Source: an uncultured Pseudobdellovibrionaceae bacterium
Lineage (GTDB): Bacteria; Bdellovibrionota; Bdellovibrionia; Bdellovibrionales; UBA1609
Length of the DNA: 64,000 bases
NCBI GenBank assembly: GCA_964453895.1
Contig: CAYVRZ010000001.1
Span: 124,170 to 188,169, forward strand
Direction: 5' to 3'
Below, piece after piece: positions 56,269 to 64,000 of this stretch. The notes under the pieces were generated by a model. It was not told the DNA's origin, did not search any database, and was given only the letters and a program-made list of their open reading frames with translations. A program made the position numbers and the translations under genes. Within the stretch, counting starts at the first letter, position 1; each line of letters opens with the position of its first letter.

Positions 56269-56396
56269 AGGTTTTCCTTCAATTACGTCTTTTTTATGCG
56301 TATATACTACGAATCATTTGATTATCGACTGAGTTGCGTTTAGCCCCAGGGCTCACTCAAGTCAAGAAACGTTAAGGTTTTTAAGAGGATAGCTTC

Positions 56397-56816
56397 GTGA
56401 ACCGGTTGAATCGAAAAGTCGAATACGCGCTCATGGCGCTAAAAATTATGGCGCAGAAACGCCCCGGCGAACTTACGTCGGCGACTGATGTTGTTGAATT
56501 TACGGGCAGCCCCTTTGATGCCACCGCGCGAGTGCTGCAAAAAATGGCTCAGCACGGAATTTTGCGTAGCGAACATGGAGCCCGCGGCGGCTACTCTTTG
56601 GTGCGAGATCTTTCGCGTGTGTCGCTGCATGAATTGAACGAGTTGATCCTCGGCCCCGTGGCGGCCGCGCGCTGCCTACAAGGCGAAGGCGACTGTGAAC
56701 TCAAAGGCCGCTGCAACATTCACTCGCCAGTTTCAATATTGAACCGCAAACAAGAAGAATTTTATCAAAACATTATGCTCGGTGAATTGCTGCGGGCGCG
56801 CGAGGCCATGCTATGA
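56397..56816 (+). CDS. Rrf2-family (IscR/SufR-like) Fe-S regulator
   Basis: Rrf2 wHTH ([13 protein letters not shown]...) and a three-Cys cluster (C..CELKGRC); directly upstream of sufB with a 4-nt overlap. Confidence 0.8.
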   Translation: MNRLNRKVEYALMALKIMAQKRPGELTSATDVVEFTGSPFDATARVLQKMAQHGILRSEHGARGGYSLVRDLSRVSLHELNELILGPVAAARCLQGEGDCELKGRCNIHSPVSILNRKQEEFYQNIMLGELLRAREAML

Positions 56817-58237
56817 GCACTGAACCCCGCGAATACAAACACGGCTTTGTCACCGAAGTGGAGACAGAGAAAATCCGCCGAGGTCTTGGTGAGGATGTAA
56901 TTCGCACCATCTCCGCCAAGAAAAACGAGCCCGACTGGCTCCTGGCTTATCGGTTGAAGGCTTATAAGCACTGGCTCACGATGAAAGAGCCGCATTGGGC
57001 GCGAGCCGACTACAAACCGATCGATTACAAAAATCTCTATTATTACTCGGCTCCAAAATCGGTGAGTGAAAAACCGAAGTCTTTAGACGAACTGGATCCG
57101 GAGTTGTTGAAAACTTTCGAGCGACTCGGGATCCCTTTGACCGAACAAAAACGCATCAGTGGTGTGGCCATAGACGCGGTTTTTGATTCGGTGTCGCTCG
57201 GCACTACTCACAAAGAGACTCTCGATAAAGTGGGCGTGGTCTTTTGTTCGATTTCGGAGGCGGTTAAAACCCATCCCGAGTTGGTGCGAAAATATTTAGG
57301 CACTGTCGTGCCCCACACCGACAATTTTTTTGCCGCTTTGAACGCGGCGGTCTTTTCGGACGGATCGTTTTGCTATATCCCGAAAGGCGTTAAATGCCCG
57401 CTCGACTTGTCGACTTACTTTCGCATCAACGCGCAAGAGACCGGTCAGTTCGAGCGCACGTTGCTGATTGCCGAAGAAGGTAGCTTTGTAAATTACCTTG
57501 AGGGCTGCACGGCGCCTCAACGCGACGAGAATCAGTTGCATGCGGCCGTGGTCGAGTTGGTCGCGCTCGATCGCGCTGAGATTCGCTATTCAACAGTGCA
57601 AAATTGGTACACCGGAGATCGCGAAGGCCGCGGCGGTATTTATAATTTCGTCACTAAGCGCGGCAAGTGTGTGGGTAAAGATTCAAAAATCAGCTGGACG
57701 CAAGTTGAAGCCGGCTCGGCCATCACGTGGAAGTATCCGAGTTGTATTCTTCAAGGCGAAAATTCGGTGGGCGCTTTTTATAGCGTCGCTTTGACTCACG
57801 ATAAAATGCAGGCCGATACGGGCACAAAGATGATCCATATCGGCAAAAACACCAAGAGTACCATTGTCTCGAAAGGGATTTCGACCGGCGGTTCCGTCAA
57901 CAGCTACCGTGGTTTGGTTAAAATCATGCCCTCGGCCTCGGGCGCGCGGAATTTTTCGCAGTGTGATTCGATGTTGGTGGGCGATAAATCGGGCGCCAAC
58001 ACGTTTCCGTATATCGAAGTCAAAAACAACTCGGCCGTCGTCGAGCACGAGGCCTCAACTTCGCGAATCAGCGAGGACCAGTTGTTTTACTTGCGCTCGC
58101 GCGGGATCTCGAACGAAGAGGCGATCTCGCTTTTGGTGAATGGATTTTGTAAAGACGTATTTAAACAGCTGCCGCTGGAGTTTTCGGTCGAGGCGGTTAA
58201 GCTGATTGAAATGAAACTTGAAAACTCGATTGGATAA
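56813..58237 (+). CDS. sufB: Fe-S cluster assembly protein SufB
   Basis: 474 aa; SufB/SufD beta-helix core; conserved SufB N-terminal region. Confidence 0.9.
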   Translation: MSTEPREYKHGFVTEVETEKIRRGLGEDVIRTISAKKNEPDWLLAYRLKAYKHWLTMKEPHWARADYKPIDYKNLYYYSAPKSVSEKPKSLDELDPELLKTFERLGIPLTEQKRISGVAIDAVFDSVSLGTTHKETLDKVGVVFCSISEAVKTHPELVRKYLGTVVPHTDNFFAALNAAVFSDGSFCYIPKGVKCPLDLSTYFRINAQETGQFERTLLIAEEGSFVNYLEGCTAPQRDENQLHAAVVELVALDRAEIRYSTVQNWYTGDREGRGGIYNFVTKRGKCVGKDSKISWTQVEAGSAITWKYPSCILQGENSVGAFYSVALTHDKMQADTGTKMIHIGKNTKSTIVSKGISTGGSVNSYRGLVKIMPSASGARNFSQCDSMLVGDKSGANTFPYIEVKNNSAVVEHEASTSRISEDQLFYLRSRGISNEEAISLLVNGFCKDVFKQLPLEFSVEAVKLIEMKLENSIG

Positions 58238-58240
58238 ACA

Positions 58241-58996
58241 ATGTTAGTCATTCGCGATTTAAAATGTTCGGTAGGCGGCCAAGAGGTTCTGCGCGGAATT
58301 AATCTCACCATCAAGCCGGGCGAAGTTCACGCCATTATGGGGCCGAACGGTTCAGGCAAAAGTACTTTGTCTAAAATTCTGGCCGGGCATCCGGATTATG
58401 AAGTGACGGGCGGAGAAGTGCTTTACGACGTCAATTTTTCGCCGCGCAATTTGTTAGAGATGCCGGCCGATGAACGCGCGCGCGAAGGCGTGTTTTTGGC
58501 GTTTCAGTATCCGACCGAGGTTCCCGGTTTATCGAACATGACTTTTCTGCGGACCGCTTTCAACTCCGTGTGCCGGCATCAAGGTGTGCAAGAGATGGCC
58601 GAGGGCCCCTTTCGCGCTTTTATAGAGAAAAAGGCCGCCCTCGTGGATATGAATCCTTCTTTTTTTGACCGCGCGGTGAATGAGGGTTTTTCGGGCGGCG
58701 AAAAAAAGCGCAACGAGATTTTGCAAATGGCTGTGTTGGCGCCGCGTTTGGCGATTCTTGATGAAACCGACTCGGGATTAGATATCGACTCGTTGAAGGT
58801 TGTCGCGCAGGGCGTGAACAAGTTGCGCTCGAAAGACAACGCTATTTTATTGATTACGCATTATCAGCGGTTGCTCGATTACATTGTGCCCGACTTTGTA
58901 CATGTGCTGTCAAAAGGTCGCATCGTGCAAAGTGGCGACAAATCGTTGGCCTTGAAGCTTGAGCAACAGGGTTACGATTGGTTGAAGGATAGCTAA
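58241..58996 (+). CDS. sufC: Fe-S cluster assembly ATPase SufC
   Basis: Walker [13 protein letters not shown] signature FSGGEKKR, Walker [13 protein letters not shown]. Confidence 0.95.
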   Translation: MLVIRDLKCSVGGQEVLRGINLTIKPGEVHAIMGPNGSGKSTLSKILAGHPDYEVTGGEVLYDVNFSPRNLLEMPADERAREGVFLAFQYPTEVPGLSNMTFLRTAFNSVCRHQGVQEMAEGPFRAFIEKKAALVDMNPSFFDRAVNEGFSGGEKKRNEILQMAVLAPRLAILDETDSGLDIDSLKVVAQGVNKLRSKDNAILLITHYQRLLDYIVPDFVHVLSKGRIVQSGDKSLALKLEQQGYDWLKDS

Positions 58997-60225
58997 TGAG
59001 TTTAATTTCCGCAGCTCAACAACATCTTGCACAGCTCAACGCCCGCGCGCAGGCCGGCGAAAAGCTTTTTCGCGAAGAAGCCTGGCGGCGAATGGAGAGC
59101 AGCGGACTCCCGAAGCGGGGAACTGAAACCTGGAAGTATACGTCGATTGCTCCGCTCGATATGATGAATTGGACAATGCGAGATGTGGCTCGAGAGAGCG
59201 CCTTGCCGTCGGCTTTGGCGGAATGGCTGCAAGATCTGCGCGCCGAGTTCGACGTCGCCGTATTTGTAAATGGCGAATACGCCCCCGCGGTTTCGAAAGT
59301 ATCGGCCGACATTCAAATTTCTCCGGCCGTGATCGAGCGCAGCGCTTTTAAGGGCGAAGACGGCTTTGCGGATGTGAGCGTGGCCGTGGCTCGGCCTGGT
59401 TTAAATTTTCGTGTGCGCAATCACGTGAAAGTCGCGCGGCCTTTACTTGTTTTGAAATATCAAGACGAGAATGACGGCTGGATATCGAGCTTTAATCAGA
59501 TTGAGTTGGGTGAGAGCGCCGAACTCACTTTGGCCGAAGTTTTTGTCGGTGGCGAAGCGCCTTATTTGCGCAGCGATCTAATGCAAGTGCGACTGAACGA
59601 GCACGCTCGGCTCACTTGGCTGCGCAATCAAACCGAATCGCCGTCGGCGTTTCATTTTAATGAAACACAGGTCTCGTTGGCGGCACATGCCAATTTGCAT
59701 TTTACGCAAATGAATCGCGGCGCGCACTGGTTGCGCGGACAAATGTTTGTGGATTTAGCGGGTCAAGAGGCCGACGCTTCGGTGCACGGCCTAACATTTG
59801 GATCTGAGCGCCAGCATATCGATCAGCGCGTGGTGCTGTCGCATACGGCGGCAGAAACGACTTCGTCTCAATTGTTTAAGGGCGTGTTTAAAGATAGCGC
59901 CAAGGGAATTCTCAACGGCAAAATTTATATCGCACCGGGGGCACAAAAGGTTTCGAGCCGACAAATGAATCACAATATGCTGGTCGGGCCCAACGCCGAG
60001 GCCAACACGAAGCCTGAGCTCGAGATTTATGCCGACGACGTAAAAGCCAATCACGGAGCGACGGTCGGCCGACTGGATGAAGAGAAAATGTTCTACCTGC
60101 GCAGCCGAGGCATCCGTGAAGACCTCGCCGAGAAACTTTTAACCGAATCTTTTGTGGCCGATGTGCTTATGAAAATTCCCGATGCGCGCTTGCGCCGATT
60201 GGCGGGGGAACACAATGTCACTTGA
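58996..60225 (+). CDS. sufD: Fe-S cluster assembly protein SufD
   Basis: 409 aa SufD-type beta-helix protein between sufC and sufS. Confidence 0.85.
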   Translation: MSLISAAQQHLAQLNARAQAGEKLFREEAWRRMESSGLPKRGTETWKYTSIAPLDMMNWTMRDVARESALPSALAEWLQDLRAEFDVAVFVNGEYAPAVSKVSADIQISPAVIERSAFKGEDGFADVSVAVARPGLNFRVRNHVKVARPLLVLKYQDENDGWISSFNQIELGESAELTLAEVFVGGEAPYLRSDLMQVRLNEHARLTWLRNQTESPSAFHFNETQVSLAAHANLHFTQMNRGAHWLRGQMFVDLAGQEADASVHGLTFGSERQHIDQRVVLSHTAAETTSSQLFKGVFKDSAKGILNGKIYIAPGAQKVSSRQMNHNMLVGPNAEANTKPELEIYADDVKANHGATVGRLDEEKMFYLRSRGIREDLAEKLLTESFVADVLMKIPDARLRRLAGEHNVT

Positions 60226-61432
60226 AAAAGATTTGGCCGGCTTGTTTCCCCAGTTGCAGCGTCAGGTGCACGGACGCGGTTTGGTTTATCTCGACAGCGC
60301 GGCCACCACTCTAAAGCCTTTGCCGGTGATCGAGGCGGTTGAGAAGCATTTGCGAATGAACGTGGCCAATGTTCATCGCGGCGCCCACGTCCTAAGTGAC
60401 GAGGCCACAGCCGCCTTTGAGGGCGTGCGCGAAAAAATGCAGGCTTTTATCGGCGCGGCCTCGTCTAAAGAGATTATTTTTACTCGCGGGACTACGGAGA
60501 GCATCAATCTGTTGGCGCGCTCTTTGGGCCCGCTGTTGCTTGGAGAAGGTGACGAGATTTTGTTAAGCCAAATGGAGCACCATTCGAACATCGTGCCCTG
60601 GCAAATGATTGCGCTCGAGCGCAAAGCTTCGGTGCGGTTCGCGCCGGTGCTCGACGATGGCTCGTTGGATTTTGCGGGCTTTGTTAAAATGCTGTCGCGT
60701 AAGACCAAGATCGTCTCGCTCGTGCATTTGTCCAATTCACTGGGAACATTTAATCCCTTGGCTAAATTTTTTGCCGAGGCAAAAAAAGTCGGTGCCGTGT
60801 GCGTGGCTGATGCCGCGCAGTCGGTGGCGGCGGTGGCTTTGAATGTAAAAGATCTCGGTTGTGATTTTTTGGCGATGTCGGGCCACAAGGCTTTTGCTCC
60901 GACGGGAGTCGGTGTACTTTACGGTCGGTCGGAGTGGCTCGAGAAAATGCCGCCCTACCAAGGTGGCGGCTCGATGATCAGCGAAGTTCGCGAGAGTGGC
61001 ACTGACTTCTTGCCTCCACCTCATCGCTTTGAAGCGGGCACTCCGCCCATCGCCGAGGTTATCGGCCTGGGCGCCGCGCTCGATTTTATCAGGCAAATTG
61101 GCTTCGACCGGATCACCAAACATGAACAGCAGATTTATCAAATGGCCGAGCAAGCGTTAGAGCCAATCCAAGGTTTGCGGCGGATTGGCCGGGCTACTGA
61201 TCGCAGTCACGTTATGTCGTTTCTTCTTGAGGGCGCGCACCCGTCGGACGTCGGCGCCATTTTAGATGAGCAGGGCATTGCGGTCCGCGCCGGGCATCAC
61301 TGCTGTCAGCCGCTTATGAAGCGCTTCGGAATTCCAGGGACCGTGCGGGCGTCATTTTCTATTTACACCCGCGAAGAAGATATCGCGCGTTTAAGCCAGG
61401 GCCTACAAAAAGCCCGGGAGTTGTTGCAATGA
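60215..61432 (+). CDS. sufS: Cysteine desulfurase SufS (class V aminotransferase)
   Basis: ATG at 60215 overlaps the sufD stop; PLP-lysine region SGHKAFAPTGVGVLYG; active-site Cys loop RAGHHCCQP. Confidence 0.9.
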   Translation: MSLEKDLAGLFPQLQRQVHGRGLVYLDSAATTLKPLPVIEAVEKHLRMNVANVHRGAHVLSDEATAAFEGVREKMQAFIGAASSKEIIFTRGTTESINLLARSLGPLLLGEGDEILLSQMEHHSNIVPWQMIALERKASVRFAPVLDDGSLDFAGFVKMLSRKTKIVSLVHLSNSLGTFNPLAKFFAEAKKVGAVCVADAAQSVAAVALNVKDLGCDFLAMSGHKAFAPTGVGVLYGRSEWLEKMPPYQGGGSMISEVRESGTDFLPPPHRFEAGTPPIAEVIGLGAALDFIRQIGFDRITKHEQQIYQMAEQALEPIQGLRRIGRATDRSHVMSFLLEGAHPSDVGAILDEQGIAVRAGHHCCQPLMKRFGIPGTVRASFSIYTREEDIARLSQGLQKARELLQ

Positions 61433-62010
61433 GCACGAATACAAATACCGCCGAAGATCTAATGATCCGCACCATGGCGACGCCAAATCCATATGCCTTA
61501 AAATTTATCATCAACGCGTCTTTCAAAGACGAAGGCAAAGCCACCTTCAACACGCCCGAAGAATGCGAGCAATTGCCTCTCGCGCGCGACATGTTTGCGA
61601 TCGATGGAGTCAAACAAGTTTACTTGTTTCAAAATACTCTCACGGTCACGCATTCCGGCGAGCTCGACAACGAGCAAATTTCAGATCGCGTTGGCGCCAT
61701 TATCAAGTCGCGCATGGCGGTGCATGACTCCACATTCGGAGAGCAAGAGAAAAAACGCCCGCCACGCGCGGGCTCGAGCGACCCCGAGGTTCTAGCCATC
61801 GAAGAAATTCTAGATCGCACCATCCGCCCAGGCCTCCAAGCCGACGGCGGCGACATCGAGATCATCAGCTTCGAAAACAACGAGCTAAAAATCACCTACC
61901 AAGGCGCCTGCGGCGGCTGCCCCAGCTCCATGATGGGCACCCTCGACGCCATCCAAGGCATCCTCCGCAACGAACTCAACAACGAACAAATCACCGTCAC
62001 TCCGGTCTGA
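61429..62010 (+). CDS. NFU1-type Fe-S cluster carrier (Nfu_N + NifU C-terminal CGGC domain)
   Basis: C-terminal GACGGCPSS (CxxC of the NifU/Nfu domain); N-terminal Nfu_N-like domain. Confidence 0.75.
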   Translation: MSTNTNTAEDLMIRTMATPNPYALKFIINASFKDEGKATFNTPEECEQLPLARDMFAIDGVKQVYLFQNTLTVTHSGELDNEQISDRVGAIIKSRMAVHDSTFGEQEKKRPPRAGSSDPEVLAIEEILDRTIRPGLQADGGDIEIISFENNELKITYQGACGGCPSSMMGTLDAIQGILRNELNNEQITVTPV

Positions 62011-62015
62011 CCTGG

Positions 62016-62811
62016 GGTACCAGGTACCTTTTCGGTTCGCGTCATCAAAACACAAAATCATCGTCGCGAACCGGCTTTCCCGTATCGTCATTCTTTGGAA
62101 ATCGAAATTCCCTCTTCCGGAGGGCGGCCTGCACCTCTAGGTAGTCCTCGTCTTTACCTTGATTCAACCAGATCAAATGATCGGAGTTAAAATATGGCGT
62201 GAAAAGCAGTGTGTCCTCCTCGACCGGAATTAGCAGATGAGATTGGCCGAGTAGGCCGTACATTGTGCTGAACCTATATTCCTCAACTCTATGCGCGAGA
62301 CCGGCCTTAATCGGATTTCGGTAAAGGTATTTGTAAGCATTCATGTAGTAGTAATAAGAATCCAGTACGCAAGGGTGATAGGGCCTGCCAAAAATCTGAT
62401 TGATGCGCCCGCATTCTCTCGAAATAGATTTGCTGAACTCTCGTTGAAAGTAGGCCATCCCGCTTGAAACATTTGCTTCGGGCGTGGATGCGATAAAATG
62501 ATAGTGGTTGGACATCAGAACTGCCGCATGGATTTTGAAATTGAACCCATGATGCAGAAGGAAAAGATGGTTTGAGAAGAGCTCCCAAGTCAACTCGATC
62601 GGAGTTGGAAACCACTCCCGATTCGTTCGTCGGACCGAGATAAAATAGGGATATGTGGACTGCAAAATCGTTTTCGCTCGTGGCATGGGCGCAGATCTGC
62701 AAGCAAACCGTGCCACTCCGTCAGCTGCATTCCCAATTTAATTGAAGAGAAAAATGTCCGAGTCTCGAATTCAAACCGGACATGACGCGAACCGAAAAGG
62801 TACCTGGTACC
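62016..62811. mobile_element. RAYT/REP unit: Y1 transposase gene framed by perfect 30-bp inverted repeats
   Basis: Left ggtaccaggtaccttttcggttcgcgtcat (62016-62045) is the exact reverse complement of the right repeat atgacgcgaaccgaaaaggtacctggtacc (62782-62811). Each repeat contains the hairpin ggtacc-W-ggtacc. Confidence 0.7.
62045..62716 (-). CDS. REP-associated tyrosine transposase (RAYT, IS200/IS605 Y1 HuH family)
   Basis: HuH motif SNHYHFIA; downstream IFGRPYH...YKYLYRNPIKAGLAHRVEEYRFST parallels E. coli RayT (HMHCIW...IWQPRFW...YIYINPVKHGWV...DWPFSTFH); catalytic Tyr in Y..NP context. Confidence 0.75.
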   Translation of the reverse strand: MARFACRSAPMPRAKTILQSTYPYFISVRRTNREWFPTPIELTWELFSNHLFLLHHGFNFKIHAAVLMSNHYHFIASTPEANVSSGMAYFQREFSKSISRECGRINQIFGRPYHPCVLDSYYYYMNAYKYLYRNPIKAGLAHRVEEYRFSTMYGLLGQSHLLIPVEEDTLLFTPYFNSDHLIWLNQGKDEDYLEVQAALRKREFRFPKNDDTGKPVRDDDFVF

Positions 62812-62825
62812 TCTAGTGGGTACCT

Positions 62826-63419
62826 CTAGTGGAAGACCTTTAGGTTTTTCTTTTTTACGGAGGGTTTTTGGGCTTCCTGTTCTGTGGATTTTAGGAGGGC
62901 TTCTTTGGATTCGGCGAGGATTTGTTGTAGCAGGGTGTTGTATTGGGCCGAGGCTGCGAAGCGAACTTTGCCTTGCCCGCCCGAGGTGATCAGGTGGATT
63001 TGGTGATTGACGGCTTCGAGACTTTTTAAGGTGACTTGTAACTCGACCGGCTCGCCGGCTTTGATAAATGAAATTTGTCCGGCCAACGAACCGTTCACCA
63101 CGTACACGTCCGACGGCACAGCCCATTTGAAATCGACATTTTCTAAATCGGCGTCGGAGCGAACCAAACCTTTTAACACAAACACGTCGCCCTGTTTTTC
63201 GGGCATAGCGCCGATCAACTCTAGACTTGTTTCAAGTGGACCACGCAATTTTTCGGTGTGACGGAGAGCCGATGATCGCTTGCCGGCCAAAACCATATCT
63301 TTTTTTGAAATCGCCGAAGGCCCACGAGCCAGCTCGGTGTCATCGGCATAGCGAGCGGCGAGCGCGATGGCCGCCACACTTAAAAACAAAACGATCGCGC
63401 CTAAAGTGTTGCGGGACAT
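62826..63419 (-). CDS. Hypothetical secreted protein
   Basis: Signal peptide MSRNTLGAIVLFLSVAAIALA; no motif. Confidence 0.45.
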   Translation of the reverse strand: MSRNTLGAIVLFLSVAAIALAARYADDTELARGPSAISKKDMVLAGKRSSALRHTEKLRGPLETSLELIGAMPEKQGDVFVLKGLVRSDADLENVDFKWAVPSDVYVVNGSLAGQISFIKAGEPVELQVTLKSLEAVNHQIHLITSGGQGKVRFAASAQYNTLLQQILAESKEALLKSTEQEAQKPSVKKKNLKVFH

Positions 63420-64000
63420 AGCTGCACCCCTCCCTGTTTGATTGAGTAATGGGCCGCGGTCCCTGTTGAACCGCCAACGTAGGCGGTGACCACAAGTAAA
63501 TAGTTAACGCCGGCAGTGAGAGTGATTGTGAATTGCTCGCTCTGTGCGGTATTTGGATTCCCGTCTGGAGTGGCGCGCATATAGGTGATTACATCGTCTG
63601 AGTTACTGAGGCGCGCGCTTTCATTGTATAGGTATAGGTCCAAATCTGCTTCGGTGTTGGCGCCGTCTGCGTCTCGATAGTCGAGGCGAAATGTATAGGA
63701 GCCCGTCGCCGTCGGCCGAATATGATAAAAATCAAAATTGCGAAACAGATCGGATGCGGTCCCTGTTGGGGTCAGCGTGCGAGTATAAGTGTTGGCCGGT
63801 ATGGCTCCTGCGGCCGGAATGTAAGAGCAAGTTCCAGCGGTTGTTACATAACTTGCGTATTCACCTGTGTCGCCATCGTGCCAGTTGACCGTGCGAATCG
63901 TTGACCAGTTCGACCCACCAGCCAGCAAACTTTGCCCGTAGTGCAGATGCCCAACACTGCGAAATGCCCAATCGGTATCGTTAAAGCCATTGGACGACTT
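63401..64000 (-). CDS. C-terminal part of a secreted protein with pre-peptidase C-terminal (PPC)-like domain; gene continues past window end
   Basis: Reading frame is open to position 64000 with no stop; the listed start at 63928 is an alternative codon. TGSYTFRLDYRDADGANTEADLDLYLYNE resembles PPC domains (...DaDLyLyd). Confidence 0.4.
   Translation of the reverse strand, partial: KSSNGFNDTDWAFRSVGHLHYGQSLLAGGSNWSTIRTVNWHDGDTGEYASYVTTAGTCSYIPAAGAIPANTYTRTLTPTGTASDLFRNFDFYHIRPTATGSYTFRLDYRDADGANTEADLDLYLYNESARLSNSDDVITYMRATPDGNPNTAQSEQFTITLTAGVNYLLVVTAYVGGSTGTAAHYSIKQGGVQLCPATL

Noticed and set aside
62016-62811. Interpreting the 30-bp inverted repeats as classical IS terminal inverted repeats of a DDE element
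   Set aside because: The enclosed gene is an HuH/Y1 transposase, a family that acts on hairpin DNA and does not use TIRs. A REP-pair (BIME-like) interpretation fits better.

Overview
64 kb chromosomal window from a roughly 50% GC proteobacterium. Gene content (many secreted proteases and lipoproteins, motAB, tolQRAB, OMPLA) is consistent with a Bdellovibrio-like predator, but that assignment is inference only.

Main features, in order:
- groES-groEL start (groEL truncated at the window edge).
- rmuC, aat, an MFS transporter, an orphan OmpR-type response regulator, a bacterial Coq4 homologue, TetR, trmO.
- A three-gene operon: a cytochrome-c-motif/DUF1549-like lipoprotein, a small secreted protein, and a Tat-exported DUF1501 sulfatase-like protein. 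This is a planctomycete-type pair of unknown function in an unexpected host.
- A tRNA cluster: Asn(GTT), Arg(ACG) and Ser(GCT).
- About 11 kb bounded by a second tRNA-Ser(CGA). Both tRNA-Ser genes carry the same GATATC-rich palindromic 3' flank. The segment is rich in secreted hydrolases (S41 peptidase, anthrax-LF-like HExxH protease, caspase-fold protein), a Kelch lipoprotein, a membrane Ser/Thr kinase with an FN3-like ectodomain, and a gene built from 45-bp tandem repeats.
- An envelope cluster: OM beta-barrel, poly-Gly secreted protein, flotillin, 730-aa ankyrin lipoprotein, beta-carbonic anhydrase, OMPLA, HPF, a metzincin protease, dus, mtgA, an SDR epimerase, a cNMP-binding protein, motAB.
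- glnE, tolQRAB (no pal), and an Rrf2-sufBCDS-nfu operon.
- Two HuH (Y1) transposase-like genes. One is a RAYT-like gene framed by perfect 30-bp inverted repeats immediately after the suf operon; a degenerate solo copy of the same repeat lies at 13.97 kb.

All calls rest on motif-level reading of the six-frame translations. No database searches were run.
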